From positions 921 through 64,920 of the forward strand of contig RFSE01000011.1 of the NCBI GenBank assembly GCA_009924135.1: a DNA stretch of 64,000 nucleotides, written 5' to 3'. Each line of letters starts with the position of its first letter. Position 1 is the first letter of the stretch. A model generated the notes under the pieces. It saw only the letters and a program-made list of their open reading frames with translations. It was not told the origin of the DNA and made no database searches. The DNA comes from Pseudomonadota bacterium (GTDB taxonomy: Bacteria; Verrucomicrobiota; Verrucomicrobiia; Limisphaerales; SXTU01). Positions 27,362 to 36,948 of the stretch are shown here, piece after piece. Position numbers and translations under genes: made by a program.

Positions 27362-28861
27362 TCACCCCACCGGCACAGCCACCCCGGCCATCATCCGCAG
27401 CAGCACGGTCTGCGAGAAGTTGTCGCGGTCCAGTTCGCCCACCTGCTCACCCTCGCGCAGCACGATGATGCGGCGGCAGAGATTGATCAGTTCCGGCAGT
27501 TCCGAGGAGATGACCAGCAGGCCCATCTTCGCACAGGCCAGCTCGTCGAGGATCTTGTGGATCTCCGCTTTCGCGCCCACGTCCACTCCGCGGGTCGGCT
27601 CGTCCACGATGAGCGCGGCGGAGTCGCGCGCGAGCCACTTGGCCAGCGCGACTTTCTGCTGGTTGCCACCGCTGAGCGTGGCGACCGGCGACTCGATGCT
27701 CCCCATGCGCGTCTTGAGCCGGGAGAGGAAGTTGTGCGTGACGGCCCGTTCGTCGCCGCGCTTGATGATGCCCAGCGGCCAGGTCATGCGCTCCAGTGCG
27801 GCCAGCGAGGCGTTCTCGCGGCAGTTCATCGAGAGCACGAGACCCTGACGCTTCCGGTCCTCGGGCACCATGCCCACGCCCGCCGCCAGCATCTTTGAGA
27901 CGGAACGGAGCTTCACCGGCTGACCGTTGACGAAGACCTTGCCCGTCGCCGCCGGGTCCAGCCCAAAGATGGCCTGCGCAATCTCCGTGCGGCCCGCACC
28001 GACCAGGCCCGCGATGCCAACCACCTCGCCACTGCGGATGGTGAAATTGATGTCCTTGAACTTGCCGCGTGACGACAGCTTCTCCACGCGCAACACCTCC
28101 TCGCCCAGCGCCAGCGCCACATGGTCCGGCGTCTTGAACTCAACCTCGCGTCCGACCATCTGGTGCACGAGCCGGTCGTGATTCGTGTAGGCGATGCGTT
28201 CCGTGGCGACATGCCGGCCATCACGCAGCACGGTGATGGTGTCGCAGAGGCGGAAGATTTCCTCCATCCGGTGCGAAACGTAAATGACGGTGATGCCGCG
28301 CTGCTTGAGCTGGCCCAGCAGCTTGAAGAGGTGCTCGCTCTCGGCGACGGACAGCGAGCTGGTCGGCTCGTCCATCACGATGATGCGGGCGCCCGTGCCC
28401 ACCGCACCGGCAATCTGCACGAGCTGCTCCTGCGCCGTGCTGAGGCGGCTGATGGGGAGGTTGACGTCCAGGTCGCACTCGATTTCCGCAAGCATCACCC
28501 GGGCCTTGCGGCGCATCTCCTCGCGGTTGACCACGCCAAACTTCTTCGGCAAGTCGCCGAGGCAGAGATTCTCCGCGATGGTGAGGTTGGGACAAAACGC
28601 AAGTTCCTGGTGCACCATTGCGATGCCCAGCTCCCGCGCCCGGAGCGGGTCCGTGGGCTGGATGGGGTCGCCTTCGAGGCGGATTTCCCCGCTGTCAGCG
28701 TTGTGGACCCCGGCGAGGATTTTGCCCAGCGTGCTCTTGCCGGCACCGTTCTCGCCCATGAGCGCGTGACACTCACCACGCTCGACGGTGAAGCTCACAT
28801 CGTCCAAGGCCAGCACACCGGGAAAGCGCTTCGTAATGTGGCTGAAGGTGAGATAGGGCAT
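27362..28861 (-). CDS. sugar-type ABC transporter ATP-binding protein (tandem ABC cassettes), no adjacent permease or binding protein
   Basis: Trimmed to ATG 28861 (MPYLTFSHITKRF). Cassette 1 has GENGAGKST and IIVMDEPTSSL. Cassette 2 has GLVGAGRTE, LSGGNQQKV and LIVDEPTRGVD. Confidence 0.9.
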   Translation of the reverse strand: MPYLTFSHITKRFPGVLALDDVSFTVERGECHALMGENGAGKSTLGKILAGVHNADSGEIRLEGDPIQPTDPLRARELGIAMVHQELAFCPNLTIAENLCLGDLPKKFGVVNREEMRRKARVMLAEIECDLDVNLPISRLSTAQEQLVQIAGAVGTGARIIVMDEPTSSLSVAESEHLFKLLGQLKQRGITVIYVSHRMEEIFRLCDTITVLRDGRHVATERIAYTNHDRLVHQMVGREVEFKTPDHVALALGEEVLRVEKLSSRGKFKDINFTIRSGEVVGIAGLVGAGRTEIAQAIFGLDPAATGKVFVNGQPVKLRSVSKMLAAGVGMVPEDRKRQGLVLSMNCRENASLAALERMTWPLGIIKRGDERAVTHNFLSRLKTRMGSIESPVATLSGGNQQKVALAKWLARDSAALIVDEPTRGVDVGAKAEIHKILDELACAKMGLLVISSELPELINLCRRIIVLREGEQVGELDRDNFSQTVLLRMMAGVAVPVG

Positions 28862-28931
28862 GGTTTGTCTTTGCCGGATTGAAGCCCCCGCCCGGCTGTG
28901 AAGCAAGCCAAGCGTGCAGGCCGGTCCGGTG

Positions 28932-29660
28932 CTACTTTTTCACCTCAGGCGCGGTCTGCTCCGGCGTGGCGAGGCCGGGCGGGAGTTCCAGGATGCGGAT
29001 GTTGCGGAAGTGAATCTCCGCGCCTTCGGACTCCAGGCAGAGGTAGCCCTTCCGCACCGAAGCCTGGCTGATCCCGTTGACGAACTTCCCGTTGATCGAG
29101 AGCTTCACCACGCCATCCACACAGACCGCGTCGTACACGTTCCATTCGCCCTTGCCCTTGCAGCGCATTTCGGCTCCCTGACTGCGGGTGCCCCGGGGAT
29201 TGTCCGGCGTGGTCTTGAGGCCGTTCGCCCCGAACAACTCACCCGAGACGTAACCCAGGGACCGTGGCTTGCCGTCCTTGTCCGGGTTCAGAAACGGCCA
29301 TTGGAGTTCCAGCATCTGCACCTCCATGCCCTTGGGCAGGTTCCGGCCCGGCGGCACCGTGCCCTCGCTCCAGATGAACACGCCGGAGTTTCCACCGGCC
29401 TCCATGTGCCGCCATTCGATATGGAGGATGAAGTTCTCGTACTGCTTTTCCGACCGCATCACACCGATGGGCAGGCCGGTGCACACGAGCAACCCATCCC
29501 GCACCTTCCAGGTCTCCTTGCTGGTGTTCACGTCCACCCAACCGGTGAGGTCCTTGCCGTTGAAGAGATCTCGAAAGGCGGCGGGCGGCTCGTTCGTCTG
29601 GGCCAGGGCCGCCAACGGCAGGAGGGTGAGCAGGAACGCGAGACAGGTGGTGGTTTTCAT
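28932..29660 (-). CDS. DUF1080 (3-keto-disaccharide hydrolase-like) domain protein, secreted
   Basis: Trimmed to ATG 29660 ([21 protein letters not shown]). Contains [10 protein letters not shown]...[39 protein letters not shown]. Confidence 0.8.
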   Translation of the reverse strand: MKTTTCLAFLLTLLPLAALAQTNEPPAAFRDLFNGKDLTGWVDVNTSKETWKVRDGLLVCTGLPIGVMRSEKQYENFILHIEWRHMEAGGNSGVFIWSEGTVPPGRNLPKGMEVQMLELQWPFLNPDKDGKPRSLGYVSGELFGANGLKTTPDNPRGTRSQGAEMRCKGKGEWNVYDAVCVDGVVKLSINGKFVNGISQASVRKGYLCLESEGAEIHFRNIRILELPPGLATPEQTAPEVKK

Positions 29661-29664
29661 AGGG

Positions 29665-30057
29665 TTAGTGGTTTGGCGCCGTAGTAGCGCGGGCGGGCAT
29701 GGCGTTGATCCATTTCCGCAGGAGGGCAAGTTCCTCCTTGGTGACGCGGGGTGTTTCCTTTTTTGGGGGCATCTCGTTGTAGTGCAGCAACTCGATCAAC
29801 AAACTCTTCTGGGCGTTCCCCGGCTTGATGGCGGGACTGGTCACGCCGCCCGCCAGCAGCGCTTCCAACGTCCGCATGTCCAGTTTGGCATCGCGCTTCT
29901 TCGCCCCATGGCAACGAAGACACTTCGCCTCGAAAATGGGCAGCACGTCCCGTTGGAAATCCACGGGTCCGTCCGGCTGGTCATCCGCTCCGGCGGCGAG
30001 CCCCGGCAGGCCGCAAATCATCAGCCCGCCAAGAATGGCTAGAAGGAGAGAACGCAT
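29665..30057 (-). CDS. small secreted c-type cytochrome domain protein (PSCyt-like)
   Basis: Trimmed to ATG 30057 ([23 protein letters not shown]). Contains [18 protein letters not shown] (CxxCH). Confidence 0.75.
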   Translation of the reverse strand: MRSLLLAILGGLMICGLPGLAAGADDQPDGPVDFQRDVLPIFEAKCLRCHGAKKRDAKLDMRTLEALLAGGVTSPAIKPGNAQKSLLIELLHYNEMPPKKETPRVTKEELALLRKWINAMPARATTAPNH

Positions 30058-30076
30058 CGCCGGCCCGCCGGGAAGA

Positions 30077-31168
30077 CTACGCCTGGCCGACGACATTCAC
30101 GAAGCAATGCACGTGCGGCAGAACGCGGTAGTTCCAGATGAAGCCGGGACCTTCGAGCCGCCAGTAATCCCAGCGGTCGTTGCCCTTCTCCGCGTTCTCC
30201 TTGTAGAAGGCGAGGCGCACTTTCTCCATGCCGCCGTTGCTCTTGATAAGCTGCATCACCTCGTCGCCATCCTCCTGCCGGAAGGGGCTGATCAACGTGC
30301 GCATGACGCCCGTGACCAAGGCTTGCTGCGATGCGTCCAGCTCGGCGTAACCGATGCCGGCCGGAGGTTGCTGCACAAGCTTGGGCCGGAGCGCCGCCGC
30401 GCCGTCACCGGGATCGCCAACGATCACGGCCTGCTTCTGCTGCTGCGCGTTGAGCATGTCAAACGCGCTCATCACCTGCCGGGTCTGGTAGTTGTAAACG
30501 TTGGCCTCGCTGTGACCATTGGCGGAGTGGCCGTAATACATCGGCCCGCCGAACGCAGCGTTGGGCTGGGAGTTGCCGTCGCAACGCAAGGTCAGGTGAT
30601 GCCCGGCGAAGACCCAGGAGAAGCGTTCCTTGCCCGAGGGATCGCCGAAGATGGCGACGCCGTTGCCTTCGAACGAACCGGAGGTATCCCATTTTCCGTT
30701 GCGGCTGATCCGCTCGAAAGCCTCCTCGCCCGAGAGGATCGCCTTGAAAGTCATGCGGATCAGGTCCTGCTGCGGCTTGGTAAACTGCTCGCCCAGCTTC
30801 TTGCCGAGCGGAGCGGCGTTGTGGGTCTTGAGCCGCGTCGGCGTGCCACCCTTTTCCGCACCGTCATCCCACGGACGGACCATCGCCCTTTTCTGCTCGT
30901 CCGTGAGAGTGGCGAAAAACTCGCGCACCAAGGCTTCCGCTGGTTTCGCCGGACGCGGCGCATCCGCCGTGGCAACCTTGGGAAGCAACGTCGCGCCCGC
31001 CGCCACGCTCGCGGCCCCGCCGGCCACGGCCCGGATGAAGTCGCGTCGGGCGAGCCCGTTCGTCGGCGTGACGGTTTCAGAACATTCCGGGCAGGTCTGA
31101 AGTCTGCGGTTTGAGTTCATGGGCTGGGGTTGAACTATGGGTTGCACGGCGAAGGGTTTCGGGTTCAT
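30077..31168 (-). CDS. DUF3500 domain protein with a twin-arginine signal
   Basis: Tat-like ARRDFIRAVAGGAASVAAG, plus FAGHHLTLRC and WRLEGPGFIWNYRVLPHVHCFVNV. Start at ATG 31168 or 31120. Confidence 0.75.
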   Translation of the reverse strand: MNPKPFAVQPIVQPQPMNSNRRLQTCPECSETVTPTNGLARRDFIRAVAGGAASVAAGATLLPKVATADAPRPAKPAEALVREFFATLTDEQKRAMVRPWDDGAEKGGTPTRLKTHNAAPLGKKLGEQFTKPQQDLIRMTFKAILSGEEAFERISRNGKWDTSGSFEGNGVAIFGDPSGKERFSWVFAGHHLTLRCDGNSQPNAAFGGPMYYGHSANGHSEANVYNYQTRQVMSAFDMLNAQQQKQAVIVGDPGDGAAALRPKLVQQPPAGIGYAELDASQQALVTGVMRTLISPFRQEDGDEVMQLIKSNGGMEKVRLAFYKENAEKGNDRWDYWRLEGPGFIWNYRVLPHVHCFVNVVGQA

Positions 31169-31369
31169 GGGGGTGACACTACGCCTCCAAAGTTCGGGGT
31201 CAATGGGTTATTCCCCTTTGCGGGCGACCTGACGCAGAAGCGAGTCAACAGGGCGATGCCAGGAGCCATCGGCAAACAGGTTGCGCCACAAAACTGATCG
31301 GCTAATTTGCCGCCAGTTCCCGAACGAACCGCCGCACCACGCCATGCACCTAGCCGGCCCGATCATTAG

Positions 31370-31523
31370 CCACAGATGAAACACGGACGGAACACGGATG
31401 GGGACGAGCGGAGCACGCGTATTGTCGCAGTTGCCTGCCTGGACCAAACGGTGCGGGTCAAACAGCGGGGCAACGCGGCCCCGGCACCGTTGGCTCCGTG
31501 TTTAATCCGTGTTCCATCCGTGG
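31370..31523. mobile_element. MITE-like element, copy 1 (terminal inverted repeats made of triple iterons)
   Basis: The left arm ccacagatgaaacacggacggaacacggatgg and right arm ccgtgtttaatccgtgttccatccgtgg match at about 23 of 28 positions as inverted repeats. About 90% identical by hand alignment, without indels, to 45887-46040. Similarity extends about 14 nt further right. Confidence 0.75.
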
Positions 31524-31586
31524 CTCAACTGCATCGTCCCAACTTAGGCGAAGCTCACCTGACGACGAACGGCACCAGCCTCCCAT

Positions 31587-31614
31587 TCTCAACTTTCAAC
31601 CTTTAACTCTCAAC
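31587..31614 (+). repeat. imperfect heptamer array directly upstream of the glpK ATG
   Basis: tctcaac tttcaac ctttaac tctcaac, then cttccc, then ATG at 31621. Confidence 0.7.
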
Positions 31615-31620
31615 CTTCCC

Positions 31621-33105
<1,485 letters not shown>

Positions 33106-33145
33106 CTGAGAACCATGCCAAGCTAATCCGCAGTACCGATCTCCC

Positions 33146-34510
33146 TCATGGCCCCGCCTTTGCCGACGCCGATGTATTGGTACGCAACTCACTCTTCACG
33201 CTCGCAGGCAGCTCCCAAACGAAGTGAGGCTTTCTGTCATGTACAAAGACGGGCGTGCAATCGAAACCGCCTGCTCGACCAGTAAGGGACCGAAGATACC
33301 ACCAATAGCGCAGTCGATCGACGAGCGAAAGACTCTCCGGCTCACCGGCCCTGATCCCCCAAGACCAAACCGTGCCGTCTCGCCCAAGCATCACAGTAGT
33401 ATTTCTCCCAGCAGCAAGAAATGCCCACGGTTCAAACTGTTGGGGAAGACGCCTGGGCGGCTGCACCGCCTCGGTGCTCACGAATCCCAGCCCGAGCTGT
33501 CCTTGATCATTCCCGCCGCCGCCCCACCAGGTGCCGTCGGCTTTGCGGGCGAGGAAGCAGGCCATCCCGGCGTAAATTTCGCGCCAGTCGGTATCTTTCT
33601 CGATTTGCACCAAACCAGGATAAGCGCTGGCGCGACCGCCCCCGAATATGCCAGCTAATCGACCAGAGACCCACAACGTGCCATCAGTTTTCAAGGCAAG
33701 AACCCCGCTGCTGAGGCCGGCTAAAACGACCCAGTTCGTACCGGAATCAAGCTGCGCTGGCTCGGGGTCCATGTCTTTCCCCCAACCCCAGAGAGTTCCG
33801 TCGGTTTGGATGCCATAACTACTAAAGCCACCACCCACCACCGATTTCCAAGTGCGACCCGGTGTTACCTGCGTGACTACGGCGACGTTCGTGCGGGACC
33901 CATTTCCCACCTGGCCATCTTTATTGAAACCCCAAGCCCACAGTGAGCCATTCCGCTTCAAGGCCAGCACATGATGGTAGCTGAAACACACGTCCGCCCA
34001 GTCAGTATCAGTCGAAAGTTGTGCAGGCGTAACGATTCTAAATTCTAGTCCCGAAAGCAATTCGCCAGCATGCGAATACCCCCAGCCCCACAGGGTGCCG
34101 TTTGTCTTCAGAGCCAGTACGCGCTGGTCTGCAACTGCGACTCGTAGCCAGTCTGATTCAGAGCCGATCCGTACGGGCACAGTTGATCGCGTGCTGTGAC
34201 CAGGAAAGATGCCTTCCAAATTGTAAACAGTCCCACCCCATGCCCACAGCGAACCGTCCGGGGCGAGCAACGCCATGGTATCGCCAGTTCCGCCGGCAGA
34301 AAGTTGTGGCTGCACGCGTCCTGCCGGCAGCGGCGGTCCAAACTCAAACCGCCGCGCAGCGCGGTGTTTGGCACCCCAAGTGGAAAGGAGAACGATCCCC
34401 CCGGCAGCCAGGAGCAAAGCAAAACACCACTTCCACAGACGCAACCCCACAGCGGAATCTCCCAAGTTGAAAGTTCGATGCGAACCCGTAGCCAAGTTGT
34501 TTGTGTCCAT
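33146..34510 (-). CDS. RCC1-repeat (beta-propeller) protein with an N-terminal membrane anchor
   Basis: Trimmed to ATG 34510 (MDTNNLATG...WKWCFALLLAAGGIVLL). Seven repeats of the type DG(S/T)LW(A/G)WG..., e.g. NGSLWAWGFNKDGQVGNGS and GGGNDQGQLGLG. Confidence 0.8.
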   Translation of the reverse strand: MDTNNLATGSHRTFNLGDSAVGLRLWKWCFALLLAAGGIVLLSTWGAKHRAARRFEFGPPLPAGRVQPQLSAGGTGDTMALLAPDGSLWAWGGTVYNLEGIFPGHSTRSTVPVRIGSESDWLRVAVADQRVLALKTNGTLWGWGYSHAGELLSGLEFRIVTPAQLSTDTDWADVCFSYHHVLALKRNGSLWAWGFNKDGQVGNGSRTNVAVVTQVTPGRTWKSVVGGGFSSYGIQTDGTLWGWGKDMDPEPAQLDSGTNWVVLAGLSSGVLALKTDGTLWVSGRLAGIFGGGRASAYPGLVQIEKDTDWREIYAGMACFLARKADGTWWGGGGNDQGQLGLGFVSTEAVQPPRRLPQQFEPWAFLAAGRNTTVMLGRDGTVWSWGIRAGEPESLSLVDRLRYWWYLRSLTGRAGGFDCTPVFVHDRKPHFVWELPASVKSELRTNTSASAKAGP

Positions 34511-35157
34511 CACGGCTTCTTCACCTTTACCGCGTTCTTCGCGGCGGCTTCCTCGTCCTCGGCAGCCTTGGTGAGCGCGGCCCATTGGTCCTTGGACAGC
34601 AACCCTTCGAGGCGGCCTTTAAAATCCTTCGTGTTCTTCTCGCTCGCTTCCTTGTAAACTTCCGCGGCGCTGGCCTTGTCGCCCTTCAACTGGGCGAACC
34701 GATCGCGATAGGCCTCGCCGGTGGCGACGGACACCTCTTCGAAGAGGGCGCTGATGCTGGCGATCAGCTTGCGTTGATCCGCAGTTAGGATGGTGTCCAC
34801 GCGATCTTTGAACTGGCCGCGCGCCTCTTCAAACGCCTTGGTCGCAGCCGCCCGATCCGCCTCGGAGGCGTTCGGGTTTTGCTTGAGGGAGGCCCCGAGC
34901 TTTTGCAGTTCCGGGTTGCCCAGCGTTTCTTCGCGCGCAGCATGGAGCTTCGCCTTCTGCTCGTCGGTGAGGAGCAAGGCGGCGTTCAGACCGGGGACGA
35001 AGGGCCCGGCGACCGGGTTCTTCTTCGCCGTCCACAACGGGAAACCGGCGAGGCTGCCGGCCTTCTTCTGGGCCAGCGCGGGCATGGCCAAGGCGGTGCA
35101 CAAGACGGACAGCAGCACGAGCAAGCTGGAGCGGAAGGGAGAAGCGGCGGATTTCAT
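34510..35157 (-). CDS. periplasmic LTXXQ-motif (Spy/CpxP-like) protein
   Basis: Signal peptide MKSAASPFRSSLLVLLSVLCTALAMPALA. Contains LTDEQKAKL, LTADQRKLI and LSKDQWAAL. Its stop overlaps the RCC1 gene's ATG by 1 nt. Confidence 0.65.
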   Translation of the reverse strand: MKSAASPFRSSLLVLLSVLCTALAMPALAQKKAGSLAGFPLWTAKKNPVAGPFVPGLNAALLLTDEQKAKLHAAREETLGNPELQKLGASLKQNPNASEADRAAATKAFEEARGQFKDRVDTILTADQRKLIASISALFEEVSVATGEAYRDRFAQLKGDKASAAEVYKEASEKNTKDFKGRLEGLLSKDQWAALTKAAEDEEAAAKNAVKVKKP

Positions 35158-35217
35158 GACCGCAAGCTACGCTCGCATCGGGGGCCTTCAACTGGAAAAT
35201 TGACCACGGCCGGCGGG

Positions 35218-36006
35218 CTACTCCTCCGCGTGCACTCCAGCAGAATGGCTGCACACGCCCCGCTTGGTGGTGGCCACAAAATCGAGCAGTTGCCGGGCTG
35301 CGGCACCGGTGACGGTCGCCTCCGCTTCGGCCAGCGCGTCCCGGCGCAGTTTGCCACTGAGGAAGAGCAGATGGTAAAGGCGCTTGAGCTCCGTGCGCTG
35401 CTCCGCAGCGAAACCGCTCCGCCGCAGGCCGATGGTGTTCAAGCCACAGATCATGTTGATCCCCGTGGCGATGCAGAAAGGCGGCACGTCCTTGCTCACC
35501 GCCGCGCCGCCTTGCAGCAACGCCAGCGGACCAACGCGGCAGAACTGATGCACCAGTGAGTTCGCCGAGAGGAACGCACGCTCGCCGATCACCGCGAAGC
35601 CGGCGATGGCAATGCCGTTGCAGAGAATCGCGTAATCCTTCACCTGCACGTCGTGGCCGATGTGCGCATTGCCCATGATAAAGCAGTGCGAGCCGATGGT
35701 CGTGGCGGTGTCTTCCTTCGTGGAGCAATGGATGGTGGCGTGCTCGCGGATGATGTTGTCATCGCCGATGACCAGGCGCGTCGGTTCGCCCTTGTACTTC
35801 ACATCCTGCGGCGTGTCGCCCACCACGGCTCCGGCGTGGATGCGGTTCCGCGCCCCGAGAGTCGTATGGCCGGTGAGATGCACAAACGGGCCGACGACAC
35901 AGCCGGGGCCCAGCGTGACGTGCCCCTCAATCACGGCGTAGGGACCGACCTGCACGTCGGAGGCGAGCTGGGCGGTGGGGGCGATGAGGGCGGTAGGGTG
36001 GATCAC
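35218..36006 (-). CDS. lpxA: acyl-ACP:UDP-N-acetylglucosamine O-acyltransferase
   Basis: GTG start. IHPTALIAPTAQLASDVQVGPYAVIEGHVTLG hexapeptide repeats, plus GDTPQDVKYKGEPTRLVIGDDNIIREHATIH. Confidence 0.9.
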   Translation of the reverse strand: MIHPTALIAPTAQLASDVQVGPYAVIEGHVTLGPGCVVGPFVHLTGHTTLGARNRIHAGAVVGDTPQDVKYKGEPTRLVIGDDNIIREHATIHCSTKEDTATTIGSHCFIMGNAHIGHDVQVKDYAILCNGIAIAGFAVIGERAFLSANSLVHQFCRVGPLALLQGGAAVSKDVPPFCIATGINMICGLNTIGLRRSGFAAEQRTELKRLYHLLFLSGKLRRDALAEAEATVTGAAARQLLDFVATTKRGVCSHSAGVHAEE

Positions 36007-36015
36007 GGGGGGAAA

Positions 36016-36120
36016 GTGTTCAGTAATCAGTGTTCAGTTTTCAGTCATCGCAGACGCCGACAGCCGTCGGAGTGGACTCAAAACTGAAAACTGAAAACTG
36101 AAAACTGAAAACTGAAAACT
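36016..36120. repeat. inverted heptamer arrays flanking a 34-bp core (radC-lpxA spacer)
   Basis: Left array gtgttca gtaatca gtgttca gttttca (36016-36043). Core catcgcagacgccgacagccgtcggagtggactc, with ccgac-agcc-gtcgg. Right array aaaactg x5 plus a partial copy (36080-36120), the inverted counterpart of the left array and abutting the radC stop codon. Confidence 0.9.
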
Positions 36121-36827
36121 CACACATAGAAAAGTCCCAGCTCCCGCAATGACACAAAATCCCTCGGCCGCTCGGTCGTCCGATGGCCGATGATCACATG
36201 GTCGGCAACCTCGATCTTGAGCAACCGCCCGGCGCGGATCAGGTCGCGGGTGATCCGGATGTCTTCTTCGCTGGGCGTGGGATCACCGCTGGGGTGGTTG
36301 TGGACCAGCACGATCGAGGAGGCATTCGCGAGGATGGCGTGCTTGAACACGTCGCGCGCGTGGACATGGACGGAATCGAGCGTCCCGTGCGAAAGGTGCT
36401 CCATGCGAATGAGCCGGAGGCGGGTGTTAAGGAGCAACACAATCAAATGCTCCACCTCGTAACCACGGGCCTCTTCGCGCACGAGGCTGGCGATAAGTTC
36501 GGGCGAATTCAGCAACGGGGATTCGGCGCGGATCTCGGCAGCCATGCGCCGTGCCAGCGTGAATGCGGCCTGCAACGTCACGGCCTTGTCGCGCCCGATG
36601 CCTTTCACTTCGCAAAGCTCCTTCACGGAGGCCTGCGAAAGCCGGTCCAGCGTCTGAAACTTCGCGAGTAATTCCTGCCCGATCACCAAGGCGGATTTAC
36701 CCTGCAAGCCGGTGCGCAGGAGAATCGCGATGAGTTCCGAATTGCCGAGCGCATCCGCGCCGCCGGCGGCGAGCCGCTCGCGCGGCCGCTCGTTCGCGGG
36801 GATGTCCTTGATGCGGACGCTGCTCAT
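36120..36827 (-). CDS. radC: RadC-family JAB/MPN domain protein
   Basis: Trimmed to ATG 36827 (MSSVRIKDIPANERPRERL). Contains a helix-hairpin-helix (LCEVKGIGRDKA) and HNHPSGDPTPSEED. Confidence 0.9.
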   Translation of the reverse strand: MSSVRIKDIPANERPRERLAAGGADALGNSELIAILLRTGLQGKSALVIGQELLAKFQTLDRLSQASVKELCEVKGIGRDKAVTLQAAFTLARRMAAEIRAESPLLNSPELIASLVREEARGYEVEHLIVLLLNTRLRLIRMEHLSHGTLDSVHVHARDVFKHAILANASSIVLVHNHPSGDPTPSEEDIRITRDLIRAGRLLKIEVADHVIIGHRTTERPRDFVSLRELGLFYV

Positions 36828-36863
36828 GGCTGGCTTGCACCGAAAAGCGACCGTCGGTGAATT

Positions 36864-36888
36864 CCCTCTCCCCCATTGGGGGAGAGGG
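36864..36888. repeat. perfect 11-bp stem hairpin (ccctctccccc att gggggagaggg) between hflX and radC
   Basis: Exact palindrome read directly from the sequence. No U-run follows on the minus-strand transcript, so it is not called a terminator. Confidence 0.8.
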
Positions 36889-36948
36889 AGAGGAAATCCC
36901 CAAAGTTCGAAGCGGCACACAGGCCGACGAAGACTGGCCGCTGAGGAC

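Noticed and set aside
36016-36120. The heptamer arrays (here and at 9934, 63003-63161 and 63678) as CRISPR arrays.
   Set aside because: The units are 7 bp and directly tandem, with no repeats of about 30 bp, no unique spacers, and no cas genes in the window.
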